NCBI GenBank assembly: GCA_036524475.1
Contig: DATDCF010000246.1
Location: forward strand, 1 to 36,596
Direction of reading: 5' to 3'
DNA length: 36,596 bases
Source of the DNA: Acidimicrobiia bacterium
Lineage (GTDB): Bacteria; Actinomycetota; Acidimicrobiia; Spongiisociales; ZC4RG35
Shown here piece by piece: positions 25,904 to 35,874 of this stretch (the first letter of the stretch is position 1; every line of letters starts with the position of its first letter). The notes under the pieces are model-generated. The model was not told the origin of the DNA. It made no database searches and saw only the letters and a program-made list of their open reading frames with translations. The translations under genes and the position numbers were made by a program.

Positions 25904-26380
25904 ATGACCGAAGAAACCACCTTCCTCACCCCTGCCGCATTCAAAAAAATGCGGAAGGAATTAGAGCTGCTCAAGACAGACGGTCGTCACGAGATCGAGG
26001 ACCGGATCGCCGAAGCACGCTCACACGGCGACCTCCGCGAAAACGCCGATTACGACGCAGCCAAAAACGAGCAGGGACTCATGGAGGCGCGGATCCGAAA
26101 GCTCGAGCACTTGCTCCGAACCGCTGAGGTGCGCGAAGTCGAAGACTCAGGCCTCGTCGAAATCGGGTCGGTGGTGACTGTCGTCGACGATGACGGTGAA
26201 GAGATGGAGTTCTTTGTCGCACCTCAAGAAAACAAACTACCGGGGGTTCTTCTCGCCTCACCGGATAGCCCACTCGGGGGCGCGATGATCGGGGCGGCAA
26301 TAGGCGACACCGTCGAATACGACGCCCCGGCAGGAAAACTCACCGTCATGATCAAGTCAGTGCGACCATACGAGGCGTAA
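25904..26380 (+). CDS. greA: transcription elongation factor GreA
   Basis: 158-aa ORF with the canonical GreA N-terminal coiled coil: LTPAAFKKMRKELELLKTDGRHEIEDRIAEARSHGDLRENADYDAAKNEQ. Confidence 0.95.
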   Translation: MTEETTFLTPAAFKKMRKELELLKTDGRHEIEDRIAEARSHGDLRENADYDAAKNEQGLMEARIRKLEHLLRTAEVREVEDSGLVEIGSVVTVVDDDGEEMEFFVAPQENKLPGVLLASPDSPLGGAMIGAAIGDTVEYDAPAGKLTVMIKSVRPYEA

Positions 26381-26419
26381 CCCCCGTTAGCCTATCGGTC
26401 GTCGACCGGAGGCAGTCAA

Positions 26420-27823
26420 TTGAGGTTCCGACTCAGAAAACCGCGTGATCTCGCCCATGCGCTGGTGGCCGCCGCCCGTAGGGACCCCGATGAGGTCGCC
26501 GACTATCTGGAGCTCCGATCAGAAGAATGGGAGGCGCTGGTCGACGCCTCGCCGGAAGATGCGGCCGACGTCCTCGAAGAGCTACGCGAGGTGGACGCGG
26601 CCGGGCTCATTTCCACACTCGAGCCTCGCGAGGCGGCTCAGGTGCTCGAGGAGATCTCCCCCGAGTTGGCCGCGGAGATGGTCGAGCATGTTTCGCTGGA
26701 GGACCTCACAGCCGCAATCAGCGAAATGCCGGACGATGCCGCAACCGACCTTCTCGCCGAACTGGACGAAGACGTGCTCGGAGATGTGCTCAACCTCGTC
26801 GACGACGACACAGAGGCCACCTATCGGCGGCTTCTCCTCTACCCGTCCGACTCAGCTGGTGGATTGATGACAATTGACATTGCATCGCTACCACTCGGAT
26901 TGACCACCGGCGAGGCCATCGAACGGATCAGACAGCTCAACGAGCAGTTCGAGAGCCTGTCCTACATATACGTCGTCGACGAGAACACACGGCTTCATGG
27001 TGTCGTCCCCTTCCGCCACCTCGTGTTCAAACGCCCGGGAGCGACTCTGGCCGATGTGATGATCCCAAACCCGATCGCGGTCGATCCTCTCACAGACCGG
27101 GAGGAAATCGCAGAGATCTGCCAGCGTTACCACCTCCTTGGTGTGCCGGTCGTCGATGGTTCTGGTGTCCTGCTCGGGATGGTGGCCAACGATGCGGTGC
27201 TGGAGGCTATTCAGGATGAGGCCACCGAGGACTTCGCTGCTGCCTTCGGTGCCGGAGTCGAAGAGACGGTCTATTCAGATGTGGCGTCATCGTTCCGGGC
27301 CCGGGCGCCGTGGCTGCTGCTCAATCTCGCGCTGGCATTGGGAGTGGCGTTTGTCATCGAGCAACTCACGGGGGTGATCAGCCGTGAACCGGTCCTCGCA
27401 GCGCTGATGCCGCTGATCGCCCTGCTCGGGGGAAACGCCGGAAACCAGAGTCTTGCCGTGATGATCCGCTCCATGGCCTCCGACGAGGTTCCAGGCTCGC
27501 AGGTACCCGGCATCCTCGCCCGGCAGACCGGTGTCGGCGCCCTCAACGGCTTGGTCATTGCCGTGATGGGTGGCCTGGTGAGCTACCTGCTGCTCGTCTC
27601 CGGCATTTTTGGTTCGGAGTCACAACCTACCCAAGTGGCAGTGACTGTTGCTCTTGCCGCCATGATCAATCTCACCATCGGGACCCTCGCCGGGGCCGGT
27701 ATCCCCGTGCTGTTGAGACGCTTCGGTCAGGATCCGGCCCTGGCAGCATCGATCTTCCTCACACTGGTAACCGACATGGTCGGATTCGGCGGCTTCCTGC
27801 TCATCGCCTCGTTCTTGCTCTGA
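26420..27823 (+). CDS. mgtE: magnesium transporter MgtE
   Basis: 467-aa ORF with TTG start 7 nt after GGAGG. It has an acidic MgtE N-domain, a CBS pair (VVDENTRLHGVV.., VVDGSGVLLGMV..), and a TM domain with LLGGNAGNQSLAV. Confidence 0.93.
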   Translation: MRFRLRKPRDLAHALVAAARRDPDEVADYLELRSEEWEALVDASPEDAADVLEELREVDAAGLISTLEPREAAQVLEEISPELAAEMVEHVSLEDLTAAISEMPDDAATDLLAELDEDVLGDVLNLVDDDTEATYRRLLLYPSDSAGGLMTIDIASLPLGLTTGEAIERIRQLNEQFESLSYIYVVDENTRLHGVVPFRHLVFKRPGATLADVMIPNPIAVDPLTDREEIAEICQRYHLLGVPVVDGSGVLLGMVANDAVLEAIQDEATEDFAAAFGAGVEETVYSDVASSFRARAPWLLLNLALALGVAFVIEQLTGVISREPVLAALMPLIALLGGNAGNQSLAVMIRSMASDEVPGSQVPGILARQTGVGALNGLVIAVMGGLVSYLLLVSGIFGSESQPTQVAVTVALAAMINLTIGTLAGAGIPVLLRRFGQDPALAASIFLTLVTDMVGFGGFLLIASFLL

Positions 27824-27834
27824 CCGACGGCGGT

Positions 27835-28353
27835 TCAGCTTCCGATGACGATTTCGCCCATTTCTTCATAGGGGCCGCGGAAAATGATCCGATTTCGCTC
27901 AACAAGCGTCACCAGGTGGTGCTCGCTGATCAGTACCAGGTCGGCTGCTGTCTGGTCCGCCTCGTCGAGGAGAAAGGCGTCGAGTGCCGCGGCGTCGTCG
28001 AACACTTCCATACTCGACACGTCTTCGTCGTTCTCGACGAGATTTCCGACAAAGTTCTCGAGGTCGACGTCGGTGTAGTCGCCGGGGGGAATGACGACAT
28101 AGAGAATCTCACCATCATCCGTACTTTTTCTGAGGACGACCTCATGGCTGGAGACCGCCTGTCCGGCGAGGGTTGTGGTCGTGCCCTCGATGCCGTTTTC
28201 GTCGTCTGTCGCCTCCACGTCTGGCGACGTGGTCTGGGTGACGATGGACGAGGTCGTCGTTAGTTCGACGTCCGTCCCGGAGTCACAAGCGGACAGGGCG
28301 AGCCCGATGAGGCCGGCAAGAGCTATGAATCTGAGCATCCGGTTACGTTTCAT
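27835..28353 (-). CDS. hypothetical acidic lipoprotein
   Basis: 172-aa ORF. It has a signal peptide with lipobox LALSAC. The mature part is acidic, and no family was recognised. Confidence 0.68.
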   Translation of the reverse strand: MKRNRMLRFIALAGLIGLALSACDSGTDVELTTTSSIVTQTTSPDVEATDDENGIEGTTTTLAGQAVSSHEVVLRKSTDDGEILYVVIPPGDYTDVDLENFVGNLVENDEDVSSMEVFDDAAALDAFLLDEADQTAADLVLISEHHLVTLVERNRIIFRGPYEEMGEIVIGS

Positions 28354-28420
28354 ACAGTCTCAACGTACTACATACGCGATCTAGTTCCTCGTCGCCTCCA
28401 AACGTGTAGCCTATATCACA

Positions 28421-29866
28421 ATGGTGGGAAAGATCGGCGGAGCCCTGTTGGCAGCTGCCCTCATGGGTGGCTTGTTTGTCGTGTCGCCCCAACCGCCGGC
28501 AGCGGCCCAGGCAGCGGCGGAGGCGGCGTCGACGAGTGGATGCGGCCCGGTAACCCTCGATCAGCTCTTCCCGGGAATCGACCGCGATGGCAACCCGATC
28601 TCCACGCCCACGACCACAACCACGCCGACCCCCGCTTCCACCACGACCACGATTCCTTCTTCGACGTCGACCAACCCGGGACAAACCACGACCACCTCTC
28701 CCCAGACCACGACCACCTCTCCCCAGACCACGACCACCTCACCGCAGACCACGACCACCTCACCCCAGACCACGACCACTCCGCCAGAAACGACAACCAC
28801 AACCGGAGAGTCACCCGCACCCTGCCGGACATGGGTTTACGAAATGGTATTTCCCATCGCCACCGACGCCCGGGTGATCTCAGACTTCGGCGATGACCGT
28901 GACGGTGGATCCCGGAGGCACAAGGGAACCGACCTCGTCGCCGACAGGATGGCCCCCGTGGTCGCTGTCTCCGACGGTGTCGTCTCATCGGTGCACAACA
29001 CGCCGGCGGAGGATTGCTGCTATTTGACCATCCGACACGATGATGGTTGGTCCAGCCTGTACGTGCACCTGAACAACGACGACTACCCGGGCGACAATGG
29101 GCTGGGCATTGGCGTGGCGCCCGGCCTCGACGTCGGGACGAGAGTTCTGGCGGGCCAGGTGATCGGCTGGGTTGGCGACTCCGGAAATGCCGAAGGCTCA
29201 ATTCCACACCTTCACTTTGAGCTGAGGACTCCCCAGGGGTATTCGGTAGACCCCGTCCCCAGTATTCGGGCTGCCAAATCAGGTGCGGAGCTCTCGACGC
29301 AGAGAGGTGTCTACAGGGATGACGACGGGATGGGTGTGGAAGTGACTGCCACCCGCCTCGCCGCAGTCGGCGGATACTGGCCTTGCGCCGACGACCAACT
29401 CTCTCTGTGCCCCAACCGGCTTGCCCAACCTGAGGAAACCGCAGAGCTGATAGGCAGGCTAATGGGCTTGTCTCCTGTGGTTGCCGACACCGTCCAACAG
29501 ACCCTCGGCTTCCAAAGACATATCCCCCCGGGGACACTTGAACAGGTAACCGGTTGTCAGATAGTCCGCGACTGCATGCAGGACGGGATCACCACTGCGG
29601 ACGTTGCAAGGATGATCAGCTGGGTCTATGAGGCCGAACGGATGCTTGCCAACAATCCCGAGACCGACCTGATCGCCGAGCTCGCACTGCCGTCGGCGTC
29701 GGCCGCGGAGTCGAGCCTCAGATTCCGGGGCGTCATAGAGATTTGCCATCCCTCACTGGACGCCGATCGTCTGGTGACCCGCGCCGACGTCATCAATCTG
29801 GTTACCTGGTGGATCCAGCGGGAGAACCCCGTGGCCTGCAATCAGAGCGTGGGTCCCGAGAGCTAG
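28421..29866 (+). CDS. M23 (LytM-type) metallopeptidase with Thr/Pro-rich repeat linker and C-terminal domain
   Basis: 481-aa ORF. It has an N-terminal signal-like segment, a (QTTTTSP)x5 linker, and M23 motifs HKGTDL (HxxxD) and IPHLHFEL (HxH). Confidence 0.9.
   Translation: MVGKIGGALLAAALMGGLFVVSPQPPAAAQAAAEAASTSGCGPVTLDQLFPGIDRDGNPISTPTTTTTPTPASTTTTIPSSTSTNPGQTTTTSPQTTTTSPQTTTTSPQTTTTSPQTTTTPPETTTTTGESPAPCRTWVYEMVFPIATDARVISDFGDDRDGGSRRHKGTDLVADRMAPVVAVSDGVVSSVHNTPAEDCCYLTIRHDDGWSSLYVHLNNDDYPGDNGLGIGVAPGLDVGTRVLAGQVIGWVGDSGNAEGSIPHLHFELRTPQGYSVDPVPSIRAAKSGAELSTQRGVYRDDDGMGVEVTATRLAAVGGYWPCADDQLSLCPNRLAQPEETAELIGRLMGLSPVVADTVQQTLGFQRHIPPGTLEQVTGCQIVRDCMQDGITTADVARMISWVYEAERMLANNPETDLIAELALPSASAAESSLRFRGVIEICHPSLDADRLVTRADVINLVTWWIQRENPVACNQSVGPES
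28682..28786 (+). repeat. 21-nt in-frame tandem repeat, 5 copies (CAGACCACGACCACCTCNCCC)
   Basis: Direct reading: units at 28682, 28703, 28724, 28745 and 28766 differ by 1-4 nt. A degenerate sixth unit extends to 28807. The array encodes QTTTTSP repeats in the M23 peptidase. Confidence 0.9.
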
Positions 29867-31536
29867 GGGCGGTAGAGGTTGGTTATTGGCAGCCGCCGAT
29901 CTTTGCCAAACGCCTTCGTCGTTATCTTGACACCGGGTGCCGACTGGCGCCTCTTGTACTCGTTTCGATCGACCATGGCGGCTACACGCAAGACGGTCTC
30001 TGAGTCGAACCCCTCAGCGATGATCTCATGCACTCCCAGATCCATCTCTATGTAATGGTGGAGGATCGAGTCGAGGATCTCGTACGGCGGTAGCGTGTCC
30101 GAATCCTTCTGATCCGGCCTCAGCTCGGCCGACGGTGGTTTCGAGATGGTGTTGGCAGGAATCACCTCACCGTTCCGGTTGCGCCATTCCGCTAGTTGAT
30201 AAACCACCGTCTTGAACACATCCTTCAACGCCGAGTAGCCGCCCACCATGTCGCCATAGAGAGTGGCGTAACCCGCTGCCATCTCCGACTTATTACCCGT
30301 AGCCAGGACCATGGGGCCGAATTTGTTCGAGACCGCCATCAGCACTGCCCCTCGTGCTCTCGCCTGGAGATTCTCTTCCGCGGTCCCGGCCCCGGTGTCG
30401 GCGAAAAGGGCACCCAGGGTCTCCAGGTACTCTGCAAATATCGCATCGATTGACACCGTGTCGAATCTGATCCCCAAATTCCCGGCGAGTTCGCCGGCGT
30501 CGTCTCTGGAATGCCGGCTGGAGTACCTCGACGGCATCGACAGGCCCCACACATTGTCGGGTCCGAGTGCGTCGGCAGCGATCGTTGCTGTCAGGGCCGA
30601 ATCGATACCCCCGGAGAGCCCGAGCACGACGTTGCTGAACCCGTTCTTGATGACATAGTCTCTGACTCCGGTGGTGAGCGCCCGATAGATCTCTTCCGTC
30701 GGTGCGAGGAGGGGGGTCAGCTCGGAAGCCTCCGGTCCGGGCTCATCCGGGAGGGGGCAGTCGACCACGAAGAAGTCTTCCTCGAACTGGGGCGAGCGGT
30801 GGATTATCTCCCCGCCCGCGCCAACCACCAGCGATGCTCCGTCGAAAACCAGCTCATCCTGGCCGCCAACGAGATTGAGATAAACCAAAGGCACCCCCGC
30901 GGCCAGGGCCCGCGACCGCAGCATGTCTTCTCTGTCGGCGGCTTTCCCGGCATGAAATGGAGAAGCGTTGATGTTGAGCAGGATCCGGGCTCCGTTGCGG
31001 GCTTGCAGACTCGGAGGCCCATCGGCGACCCATATGTCCTCACAGATCGATATCCCGGCTGGTACTCCGCCGATCTCCCAAATCCGGTCGGCATCCTGGC
31101 CCACAGAGAAATAGCGATCCTCGTCGAAAACTCCGTAATTGGGCAGGAGCACCTTGTGGTAGACACCCTTGATCCTGCCGTCTCCGAGCAATGCAGCGGC
31201 ATTGGCCACGCGACGCTCGACCGAATCGGCCGCTCCCGCCGAAGGCCCAGGTCCATGATCGACGAATCCGACCACGACCTCAGTTGTTGTCGTTTCGCGG
31301 GCAATGCGGCGAAGAGACTCGATACCGGCATTGACGAAGTCGGATCTGAGTACCAAATCCTCCGGCGGGTATCCGTTGATCGCCAATTCGGGTAGGAGCA
31401 GAACATCCGCACCTGCGTCCGACGCCCTGGAGTGGCTCTCGAGGATCCTGGCCTCGTTGCCCGGGATATCCCCGACGACGAGATTGAGTTGGGCACCGGC
31501 AATGCGCATGGACATAGCCGCACGATATCCAAACAC
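29863..31536 (-). CDS. nadE: glutamine-dependent NAD+ synthetase
   Basis: 557-aa ORF. The N-terminal CN-hydrolase domain has LPELAINGY and ICEDIW (catalytic Cys). The C-terminal synthetase domain has LGLSGGIDSAL (SGGxDS). The start is more likely ATG 31515 or 31509 (MSMRIAGAQLN). Confidence 0.93.
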   Translation of the reverse strand: MFGYRAAMSMRIAGAQLNLVVGDIPGNEARILESHSRASDAGADVLLLPELAINGYPPEDLVLRSDFVNAGIESLRRIARETTTTEVVVGFVDHGPGPSAGAADSVERRVANAAALLGDGRIKGVYHKVLLPNYGVFDEDRYFSVGQDADRIWEIGGVPAGISICEDIWVADGPPSLQARNGARILLNINASPFHAGKAADREDMLRSRALAAGVPLVYLNLVGGQDELVFDGASLVVGAGGEIIHRSPQFEEDFFVVDCPLPDEPGPEASELTPLLAPTEEIYRALTTGVRDYVIKNGFSNVVLGLSGGIDSALTATIAADALGPDNVWGLSMPSRYSSRHSRDDAGELAGNLGIRFDTVSIDAIFAEYLETLGALFADTGAGTAEENLQARARGAVLMAVSNKFGPMVLATGNKSEMAAGYATLYGDMVGGYSALKDVFKTVVYQLAEWRNRNGEVIPANTISKPPSAELRPDQKDSDTLPPYEILDSILHHYIEMDLGVHEIIAEGFDSETVLRVAAMVDRNEYKRRQSAPGVKITTKAFGKDRRLPITNLYRP

Positions 31537-31543
31537 TTAGCCT

Positions 31544-34285
31544 GTGGGGGTGAGCACGGGCAATGAGAGCGTCGAATACACCGAAGGGGGATCGACCGCG
31601 GATGTTCGGGAACGCCTTATGAACATGGTTCCCGGTGATGCCACCGGGGTCTGGTCCAGGCTCGACCCGATAATCGAAGTGATCGGCACCGCAGCAATCA
31701 GCGACGAGCAACTGCGCCGGCTGGCCGCTATCGGTTCAACAAGTCGTGCGCTGGCCGCGGTCGCGGCCGCCCACCCCCAGATAGTGACAGAACGAATCGA
31801 CACCGGGTGGTCGGTTCCCCTGCAAAATTCAGCAGCCCTGATCGAATTCGCCTCTGGGGAAATCGATGGATCGACTTCGCTCGCAACGGCAACCGCCGGA
31901 TACTCGCGATTCATCGACGGCCTGGTAGGGCGCACACTCAACGCAACGCGTCCCGAGGTCGCAGAACGTCATCCCTCTGTCTCGGATCTGCCGTTCGCAA
32001 TCATCGCCATGGGGAAATGGGGTGCCGAGGAGCTCAACTACGCCTCCGACATCGATCTGATGTTTGTTCATGGAGACAGTGCGACGGACCCTGATGGAAG
32101 CCGGGCCGGAGCTATCGCCCTGGCCAGCCGGGTGATCTCACGGCTGTCAGCGTCGTCATTTGAAGGTACGGGCCTGGTAGTCGATGCCGACCTCCGACCC
32201 GAAGGCAGCATGGGCCCACTGTCCCGACGTCTCGACGCCTTCGCCACCTACTACGAGCGCTGGGCCGAGCCATGGGAGCTGCAGGCATTGATCAAGTCGA
32301 GACCGGCTGCCGGCGACCTCGATCTCGGGGCGCAGTTTTCTGAGCTGGCAGCCGATGTCGTCTGGGAGACCGGAATTGATTCGGACGCTCTGCGGGGATT
32401 ACGCCGGCTCAAGGCTGAGGCAGAATCACAGGCAAACGTATCCGATCTCAAGCGGGCACCAGGTGGCATAAGGGACGTCGAGTTCACGGTTCAGCTGTTA
32501 CAGCTCGTCCACGGCCGGCACGACCAAAAACTCCGGCTGAGGGGGACTCTCGAAGCGTTGGCGGCACTCGAAGATGGTCGCTATCTCAGTGCTGAAGAAG
32601 CCGAGGAACTCAGAAACGCCTATCTCCTCCTCCGACGGTTGGAACATCTCATCCAGGTCTGGGACCTCCGACAGACCCATCGCTTACCGTCGGATCCCGA
32701 AACGATGCGGCGTCTCGCCATTGGAATGGGTCTCGGGGCCGACGCCGAGGCACTGTCGGTGTTGGTTTCAGCGACACGGAGTGCCACCAGAACCCTGCAC
32801 GAGCGCATCTATTTCAGACCTGTTCTGGAATCACTCGTCCGCTCACCAAGTGCGCGCCTGGGCCCGGAGAAGGCATACCAGCGGCTCAGCGCCCTCGGAT
32901 TCGCCAATACCCGCGCCGCCACCGACGCCCTGGAGGCGATGACACGGGGACTCAGCCGCAAGTCGGGCGCCATGCAACAAATGATGCCATTGATGCTCGA
33001 TTGGCTTTCGCTGTCACCGGATCCCGATCTCGGTCTGTCACAACTCCGTGTCCTCCTTGCCAACACGACTGACCATTCGTCGCTGGTATCCCGGCTTCTC
33101 AACAACCCGGCGACTGGAGAGAGACTTGCCCTGTTGCTCGGAACCGGCCGCCTGTTCGGCGACCTGATCGACAGGATTCCCGAGTTCGTACCCCGGCTCG
33201 CAGACGACGAGGCCATCGATGATGTACGGAATAGGGCAGAGGCAATCGATCGCCTCCGGGGCCTCCTCGGCTCCCGGCCGCATCGAGACGATCAGATCGG
33301 AACTATTCGCCGATTCTCCCGCAGGATGCGCCTGCGGATCGCGGCACGCGACGTAATCCGAAACCACGACACCTTCAAGACCATGAGCTCCCTCGCCGAC
33401 GGGGCCGACACCGCCATCGTCGGGAGCCTCGACGTGGCGACCGCTGGTCTGGAACACGATATGGCAGTAGTCGCAATGGGCCGCTGGGGAGGTGGCGAGC
33501 TTTCATATGGGTCTGACCTCGATCTGATGTATGTGTTCGATCGGATGGACCGCGATGTCGCATTGTCGGTACCCGCCGTGATGCATGAGATCCTGTCGGC
33601 GCCCGGTCGTCACGGTGACGGCTACCTCCTCGACACCGGGCTTCGGCCAGAGGGTAAGAACGGGCCGAATGCGAGATCGCTCGAAAGTACTGCGAGGTAC
33701 TACGAGGAGTGGGCCGAACCCTGGGAATACCTTGCTCTCATTAGAGCGCGTCCGGTCGCCGGTGCACCAGACACCGTGGAGCGGTTTCAGACGATGACGG
33801 AATCCGTTCTCTGGCAACGGCCCTTCGGATCCGATCAGCTGGCCTCGATCCGGAAGATAAAGGCGAGGGTTGAAAGTGAACGGGTCGGACCTGATGAAGA
33901 CGCAGATTTCCATTTGAAGCTGGGACCTGGATCATTGAGCGATATCGAGTTTCTCACCCAGTTGATGCAACTCAAATATGGCCGCGAATTCCCCGCCGCT
34001 CGTGTCTCAGGAACCCTGGCCGCCCTCACTTCGCTACTCGAAGCCGAGCTGCTGACCCCTGCAGACCATCTCGCCCTCGTCGACTCTTTTGAATTCTGTA
34101 ATCAGGTGCGGCTCAGGCTCCACCTGCAACGGGGACGTCTGGTCGACTTCCTGCCCACCGATCCTGAGGAGTTGTCGCAACTCTCTGCCTCCCTCGGCTA
34201 CGACCGGAGCATCGAGGTCCGGGAGGCTTACCAACGCGTTACCAGACGGGCCCGGAGGGTCTTCATGTCCCGGTTTTTTGAGTAG
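31544..34285 (+). CDS. glnE: bifunctional glutamine synthetase adenylyltransferase / adenylyl-removing enzyme
   Basis: 913-aa ORF with two nucleotidyltransferase modules: GKWGAEELNYASDIDLMFV and GRWGGGELSYGSDLDLMYV. Each is followed by a GlnE-type helical domain (GGIRDVEFTVQLLQL / GSLSDIEFLTQLMQL). The GTG start is uncertain. Confidence 0.9.
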   Translation: MGVSTGNESVEYTEGGSTADVRERLMNMVPGDATGVWSRLDPIIEVIGTAAISDEQLRRLAAIGSTSRALAAVAAAHPQIVTERIDTGWSVPLQNSAALIEFASGEIDGSTSLATATAGYSRFIDGLVGRTLNATRPEVAERHPSVSDLPFAIIAMGKWGAEELNYASDIDLMFVHGDSATDPDGSRAGAIALASRVISRLSASSFEGTGLVVDADLRPEGSMGPLSRRLDAFATYYERWAEPWELQALIKSRPAAGDLDLGAQFSELAADVVWETGIDSDALRGLRRLKAEAESQANVSDLKRAPGGIRDVEFTVQLLQLVHGRHDQKLRLRGTLEALAALEDGRYLSAEEAEELRNAYLLLRRLEHLIQVWDLRQTHRLPSDPETMRRLAIGMGLGADAEALSVLVSATRSATRTLHERIYFRPVLESLVRSPSARLGPEKAYQRLSALGFANTRAATDALEAMTRGLSRKSGAMQQMMPLMLDWLSLSPDPDLGLSQLRVLLANTTDHSSLVSRLLNNPATGERLALLLGTGRLFGDLIDRIPEFVPRLADDEAIDDVRNRAEAIDRLRGLLGSRPHRDDQIGTIRRFSRRMRLRIAARDVIRNHDTFKTMSSLADGADTAIVGSLDVATAGLEHDMAVVAMGRWGGGELSYGSDLDLMYVFDRMDRDVALSVPAVMHEILSAPGRHGDGYLLDTGLRPEGKNGPNARSLESTARYYEEWAEPWEYLALIRARPVAGAPDTVERFQTMTESVLWQRPFGSDQLASIRKIKARVESERVGPDEDADFHLKLGPGSLSDIEFLTQLMQLKYGREFPAARVSGTLAALTSLLEAELLTPADHLALVDSFEFCNQVRLRLHLQRGRLVDFLPTDPEELSQLSASLGYDRSIEVREAYQRVTRRARRVFMSRFFE

Positions 34286-34321
34286 TAGCGACTTACGGGG
34301 GTTCGATTAGGCTCGCAGCCG

Positions 34322-35476
34322 ATGGATTCACCCAAGCCGCTTTCCGAACTCGTCGAGTTGGTCCTCCCCTCGGCACTCGAACTGCGCCGTGCGCTCCACC
34401 GCCATCCTGAGCCCTCGCATGAGGAGCACGTCACCAGTCAACTGATCGCCGACGCCCTTTCCTCGAGTGGAATATCACCACACTTACGCTCCCCTCGAAC
34501 CGGGCTCTGGGTTGACATCGGAGGGGAGCCGAAGGTGGGGTTCCGGGCCGACATCGACGCCCTTCCAATCGACGAGCCGGTGGAAAATGTTCCCGTCTCC
34601 ATAAACCATGGATGGATGCACGCATGCGGCCACGATTTCCACAGTGCTGTGGCATTTGGCATTGCCAGGGTTTTGGACCAACTGCCGCTGCCGGCAGGTG
34701 TCCGGGTTCTATTTCAACCCGCCGAGGAGGCATTTCCCGGTGGCGCCATCGAGTTGGTTGGCGAAGGATTGGTCGATGGGCTCAACTCGATCCTTGCTTT
34801 CCACGTCGATCCGACGCTTCAAACCGGCAAGGTCGGCGCCCGAATCGGACCAATTACTGCCAGTGCCGACCGATTCTCGATCTCGCTATACGGACCGGGT
34901 GGTCACACGGCCCGGCCGCACCAAACGGTGGACCTGATACCCGCCGCTGCGAGAATCATCGTTGACCTCCCCGCCACCCTCCGGGCATCGATTGATTCCC
35001 AACGACCGTTGATTGTCTCGTTCGGGGCGATTCACGGCGGAGCCACCGAGAATGTGATCCCGACCCGGGTGGAGTTGAAAGGTACGGCGCGTACGGTCGA
35101 CCCTGAAGTGTGGGCGCAACTCCCCGCTCTGGTCGACAAGACACTTTCCAATCTCACGGCGCTCAGCGGGGCCAGCTACGACCTCGAGTATCAGCAGGCG
35201 ATTCCTCCAGTGATCAACGATGAATTGGTTGTTTCCACAGCAGTAGCCGGAATCGAGAGAATGATGGGAAAGGGTACCGTGACCGACACCCCGACCAGCA
35301 TGGGTGGGGAGGACTTCGCCAACTACCTCGAGGTCATTCCGGGGGCCCTGCTCAGGCTGGGCGCCGCCAAGGGGCGGGGCGATCTCCATTCTTCGGCATT
35401 CCAGGCCGACGAAAGCTGCGTAGCCCACGGAATCTCCTGTGGAGTGTCTGCGCTACTCGCTCTCCTTGACGGGTAA
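34322..35476 (+). CDS. M20-family amidohydrolase (N-acyl-L-amino acid amidohydrolase / hippurate hydrolase type)
   Basis: 384-aa ORF. Motifs: RRALHRHPEPSHEE, ADIDALPI, MHACGHDFH, FQPAEE. Confidence 0.9.
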   Translation: MDSPKPLSELVELVLPSALELRRALHRHPEPSHEEHVTSQLIADALSSSGISPHLRSPRTGLWVDIGGEPKVGFRADIDALPIDEPVENVPVSINHGWMHACGHDFHSAVAFGIARVLDQLPLPAGVRVLFQPAEEAFPGGAIELVGEGLVDGLNSILAFHVDPTLQTGKVGARIGPITASADRFSISLYGPGGHTARPHQTVDLIPAAARIIVDLPATLRASIDSQRPLIVSFGAIHGGATENVIPTRVELKGTARTVDPEVWAQLPALVDKTLSNLTALSGASYDLEYQQAIPPVINDELVVSTAVAGIERMMGKGTVTDTPTSMGGEDFANYLEVIPGALLRLGAAKGRGDLHSSAFQADESCVAHGISCGVSALLALLDG

Positions 35477-35486
35477 GGTGACGAAG

Positions 35487-35504
35487 GTTAACCTTCTGGT
35501 TAAC
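35487..35504. promoter_or_regulatory. 7-4-7 perfect inverted repeat GTTAACC-TTCT-GGTTAAC, candidate ArsR-family operator
   Basis: Read directly from the sequence. It ends 4 nt upstream of the GTG start of the ArsR-family gene. ArsR/SmtB repressors typically autoregulate through inverted repeats overlapping their own promoter. Confidence 0.4.
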
Positions 35505-35508
35505 TGTT

Positions 35509-35874
35509 GTGAAACCCTCCGCCACTACCGATGATCTCGACGCCACATTCAATGCGCTGGCCAACGAACACCGAAGACAAATTATCCACGCACTCGCCCT
35601 GCACCCATGGTCGATCGGAGACCTTGCCGAACAACGGGGACTTTCACTCCAGGCGATCCACAAGCACGTCAAGGTGCTCGAGGAAGCAGACCTCATCAAA
35701 CGAAACAAGTACGGTCGCACCAATTTCCTCGCCATTCGCCGCGGCGCGCTCGCAGGCTTGCAGGCCTGGGCGTCGGAATTCCATACGTACTGGGGCGACG
35801 ACGATGAGTCTCTGGGCAACTATGTCGGGTTTCTGGAACGCAAAGAACGAAATGAGATGGGAGCCAACAAATGA
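35509..35874 (+). CDS. ArsR/SmtB-family winged-helix transcriptional regulator
   Basis: 121-aa ORF with the typical HTH_20 pattern: FNALANEHRRQIIHALALHPWSIGDLAEQRGLSLQAIHKHVKVLEEADLIKRNKYGR. Confidence 0.85.
   Translation: MKPSATTDDLDATFNALANEHRRQIIHALALHPWSIGDLAEQRGLSLQAIHKHVKVLEEADLIKRNKYGRTNFLAIRRGALAGLQAWASEFHTYWGDDDESLGNYVGFLERKERNEMGANK

Noticed and set aside
26381-26419. Looked for an M-box (Mg2+) riboswitch upstream of mgtE and a cyclic-di-AMP (ydaO) riboswitch upstream of the M23 peptidase gene (28354-28420).
   Set aside because: The spacers are only 39 and 67 nt, far too short for either riboswitch, and no conserved core motifs are visible.
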